DNA of 63,736 bases from Bacilli bacterium. GTDB taxonomy: Bacteria; Bacillota_I; Bacilli_A; RF39; UBA660. Positions 61,368-63,736 of the stretch are shown in pieces. Every line of letters starts with the position of its first letter. Within the stretch, counting starts at the first letter, position 1. Location: contig JAGBES010000025.1 in the NCBI GenBank assembly GCA_017936845.1, positions 1-63,736 of the forward strand. The letters run 5' to 3'. A model generated the notes under the pieces. It was given only the letters and a program-made list of their open reading frames with translations. It was not told the origin of the DNA and did not search any database. A program made the translations under genes and the position numbers.

Positions 61368-62717
61368 ATGAGAACAGTTGATGATAAGAACAATAATAAA
61401 AAAATAAAAGAAAATTTAAAAAGCAAAAAAATAATGACTGAAGATAAAAAAAATAAAGAAAAACAAATAAGCAAAAAAACAATAACTAAAAATCAAAACA
61501 TAGAAAAAGAAAAAGCAAAGAAAAATAAAATAAAAGAAAAAAATACATTCACAACAATAGAAGTTGTATCATTGATTATAATATCAGTCATAGTAAGTTT
61601 AGTTATGGGAGGATTAATATCATCTAATTTAAATAAAGGAAAAACAGTTAATAATGATAAAGATTTACAAGAATTTATTAAAAATTATAATTATATAATA
61701 GATAACTATTATGATGAAGTTGATAAAAAAGAATTATTAAATGATGCTTTAAAAGGAATGTTAGATTCACTTGAAGATGATTATTCTTATTTATTAGATG
61801 AATCAGATTCATCAAACTTTAATATTCAATTGGAAGGACAATATCAAGGAATAGGAATAGAAATAGTAAGCTTAACAAATGGAGATATAATTATATATAA
61901 TGTATTTGAAGATTCACCAGCAGATAAAGCAGGGTTAAAAGTAGAAGATATTATATTAAAAATAAATGATGAAGATTTTTCTAAAAAAACTCCATCAGAC
62001 ATTTCATCATATATAAGAGATAGCAAAGATAAAGAATTTGTTTTAGAAATAAAAAGAAATAATGAAATAAAAAAAATAACTGTTCAAAAACAATCAGTTA
62101 CAATAAAAGCTGTAAAATCTAAAATATATAATAAAGATAATAAAAAAATAGGATATATATATATAGATATATTTTCAAATGTAGCATATAAACAATTTAA
62201 AGAAGAATTACAAAAATTAGAAAAAGAAAAAATAGATTCACTTATAATAGATGTAAGAGATAATACAGGTGGACATTTAACAACAGCAACTAATATAATC
62301 TCATTATTTTTAGATTCTAGTCATGTTATATATCAAACAGAAACAAAAACAAATATAAAAAAATATTATTCGGTAGGAACAGTAACTAAAAAATATCCAA
62401 TTATTATATTACAAAACGAAAATTCAGCTTCAGCATCAGAAATGTTAAGCGCAGCATTAAAAGAGGAGTATGGGGCAACTATAATAGGAAAAATTAGTTA
62501 TGGAAAAGGAACTGTACAAGAGATGCTAGAATTAAGTAATGGTAGTGAATATAAGATAACTACAAAAAAATGGTTAACACCAAAAGGAAATTGGATAAAT
62601 AAAAAAGGTGTAGATGTTGATATAGATATTTCATTGGATGATAAATATAAAGATAATCCTACTGATGAGAATGATAATCAATTACAAAAAGCTATAGAGG
62701 AAGCAGCAAAGAAATAA
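61368..62717 (+). CDS. ctpA: S41 carboxyl-terminal processing protease
   Basis: TM, GIGI PDZ, DVRDNTGG, SASASE, GKGTVQ. Confidence 0.93.
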   Translation: MRTVDDKNNNKKIKENLKSKKIMTEDKKNKEKQISKKTITKNQNIEKEKAKKNKIKEKNTFTTIEVVSLIIISVIVSLVMGGLISSNLNKGKTVNNDKDLQEFIKNYNYIIDNYYDEVDKKELLNDALKGMLDSLEDDYSYLLDESDSSNFNIQLEGQYQGIGIEIVSLTNGDIIIYNVFEDSPADKAGLKVEDIILKINDEDFSKKTPSDISSYIRDSKDKEFVLEIKRNNEIKKITVQKQSVTIKAVKSKIYNKDNKKIGYIYIDIFSNVAYKQFKEELQKLEKEKIDSLIIDVRDNTGGHLTTATNIISLFLDSSHVIYQTETKTNIKKYYSVGTVTKKYPIIILQNENSASASEMLSAALKEEYGATIIGKISYGKGTVQEMLELSNGSEYKITTKKWLTPKGNWINKKGVDVDIDISLDDKYKDNPTDENDNQLQKAIEEAAKK

Positions 62718-62732
62718 AATTCTTTGCTTTTT
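62705..62732 (+). terminator. intrinsic terminator
   Basis: AGCAAAGAA..TTCTTTGCT-TTTT. Confidence 0.7.
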
Positions 62733-62799
62733 AGTTTTTAAAAATTTTGCTTTTAATAAAAAAAATGTATATAATAGATATAAATGAAAGAGGTATAAT

Positions 62800-63351
62800 A
62801 TGAATAAAATATGTATAGGAGATAAATTTCAAATTCAGTGTTACAAGCATGATGGGAATGTCCATAGATGTTGGGAAGAAGCTGTTGTATTGGATATGAA
62901 TAAAGATTATATTGTATGTGGTAACAATAGAACATTAGTAACAAGATCAGAAGGTGTAACTTGGAGAACAAAGGAACCAGCCATAATGTATTTTTTTAAA
63001 AATGAATGGTACAATGTTATTGCACAATTAAAAAAAGATGGAATATATTATTATTGTAATATAGCAACTCCATATATTATAGAAGAAAATACAATCAAAT
63101 ATATTGATTATGATTTGGATTTAAGAATATTCCCAACAGGAGAATATAAGATATTAGATAGAATGGAATATAAATATCATAAAAAATTAATGAATTATTC
63201 TGATGATTTAGATATAGCAATAAAAAATGGATTAGATGATTTAATAAAGAAATATAAAAATGGATCACAGATATTTAATTCTAAAAAAAATTATGATTAT
63301 TATAAAATATATTGTGATGTAAAAAACTATAATGAAAAACACAATTTTTAG
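62800..63351 (+). CDS. DUF402 (YgaC/Ntdp) nucleoside phosphatase
   Basis: YKHDG..HR.W, WRTKEPA, YYCNIATP, YIDYDLD. Confidence 0.9.
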   Translation: MNKICIGDKFQIQCYKHDGNVHRCWEEAVVLDMNKDYIVCGNNRTLVTRSEGVTWRTKEPAIMYFFKNEWYNVIAQLKKDGIYYYCNIATPYIIEENTIKYIDYDLDLRIFPTGEYKILDRMEYKYHKKLMNYSDDLDIAIKNGLDDLIKKYKNGSQIFNSKKNYDYYKIYCDVKNYNEKHNF

Positions 63352-63454
63352 TAATATAAATTATAAAATATAATATAATGTAAATAGATATATCAGTAAG
63401 AAATATCAAATTTACATTTTTTTGTAAAAATAAAAAAATTTTTCAAAAAAAGTA

Positions 63455-63483
63455 TTGACTTAAATATTCTAATTTGATATATT
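63455..63483 (+). promoter_or_regulatory. rRNA operon promoter P1
   Basis: A-rich UP element, TTGACT-N17-TATATT with TG. Confidence 0.8.
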
Positions 63484-63571
63484 AATGTTGCTTTTCAAAA
63501 AGGAGTCAAAATATTACAAAAATGTCATATTTTGTCAAAAAAATATTTTTTTAAAAAATTTAAAAAAAGTA

Positions 63572-63600
63572 TTGACTTAATGAAAAGTATTTGATATATT
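63572..63600 (+). promoter_or_regulatory. rRNA operon promoter P2
   Basis: A-rich UP element, TTGACT-N17-TATATT with TG. Confidence 0.8.
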
Positions 63601-63630
63601 AGTAATGCTTCTTGAAAAGAAGACATGAAT

Positions 63631-63643
63631 GATCTTTGAAAAC
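63631..63643 (+). promoter_or_regulatory. rRNA antitermination boxA
   Basis: GATCTTTGAAAAC. Confidence 0.8.
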
Positions 63644-63707
63644 TGAGCAAAAATGTCAATTCAATAAGTTAGGAAAAAAACAATTCAAACAAATTAAAAG
63701 TTATTTT

Positions 63708-63736
63708 TTTTTGGAGAGTTTGATCCTGGCTCAGGA
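63708..63736 (+). rRNA. rrs: 16S rRNA, 5' end (partial)
   Basis: AGAGTTTGATCCTGGCTCAG (27F site) at 63715-63734. Confidence 0.95.

Overview
A very AT-rich, gene-dense chromosomal segment, probably a whole contig: it begins in the right end of an IS3-family element and ends in the first bases of a 16S rRNA gene. It uses genetic code 11 (TGA is a stop). It has cell-wall genes (uppP, murF, ddl, ponA) and many Bacillus-type sporulation genes (dacB-spmA-spmB, yabP-yabQ-divIC, spoVG, yabG, gerQ, cse60, yjbA/mdfA, ydcC-like, yuzA). This fits a genome-reduced, spore-forming Bacilli lineage such as RF39; that placement is an inference. Most of the window is housekeeping. The strongest unexplained signal lies at 39627-41000, outside the ORF track. 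Two paralogous ~320-bp modules flank the sirtuin gene. Each encodes a 25-aa hydrophobic peptide on the minus strand behind a hairpin-masked Shine-Dalgarno (SD), a convergent sigma-A-driven ~115-nt RNA ending at the peptide stop codon, and a long-range 5'-3' mRNA helix whose sequence differs between copies while the pairing is kept. This looks like a type I toxin-antitoxin family that I cannot assign. Other notable items: two accessory genes (ugd and an LRR gene) each bracketed by a duplicated gene end plus terminator; a VirB2/TrbC-like pilin with Cys-rich repeats; six orphan-like proteins with basic C-terminal tails; a SpoIID-CHAP fusion with the catalytic Cys replaced by Ser; and a probable AUA start for spmB. 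All family assignments come from motif recognition only; no database searches were run.
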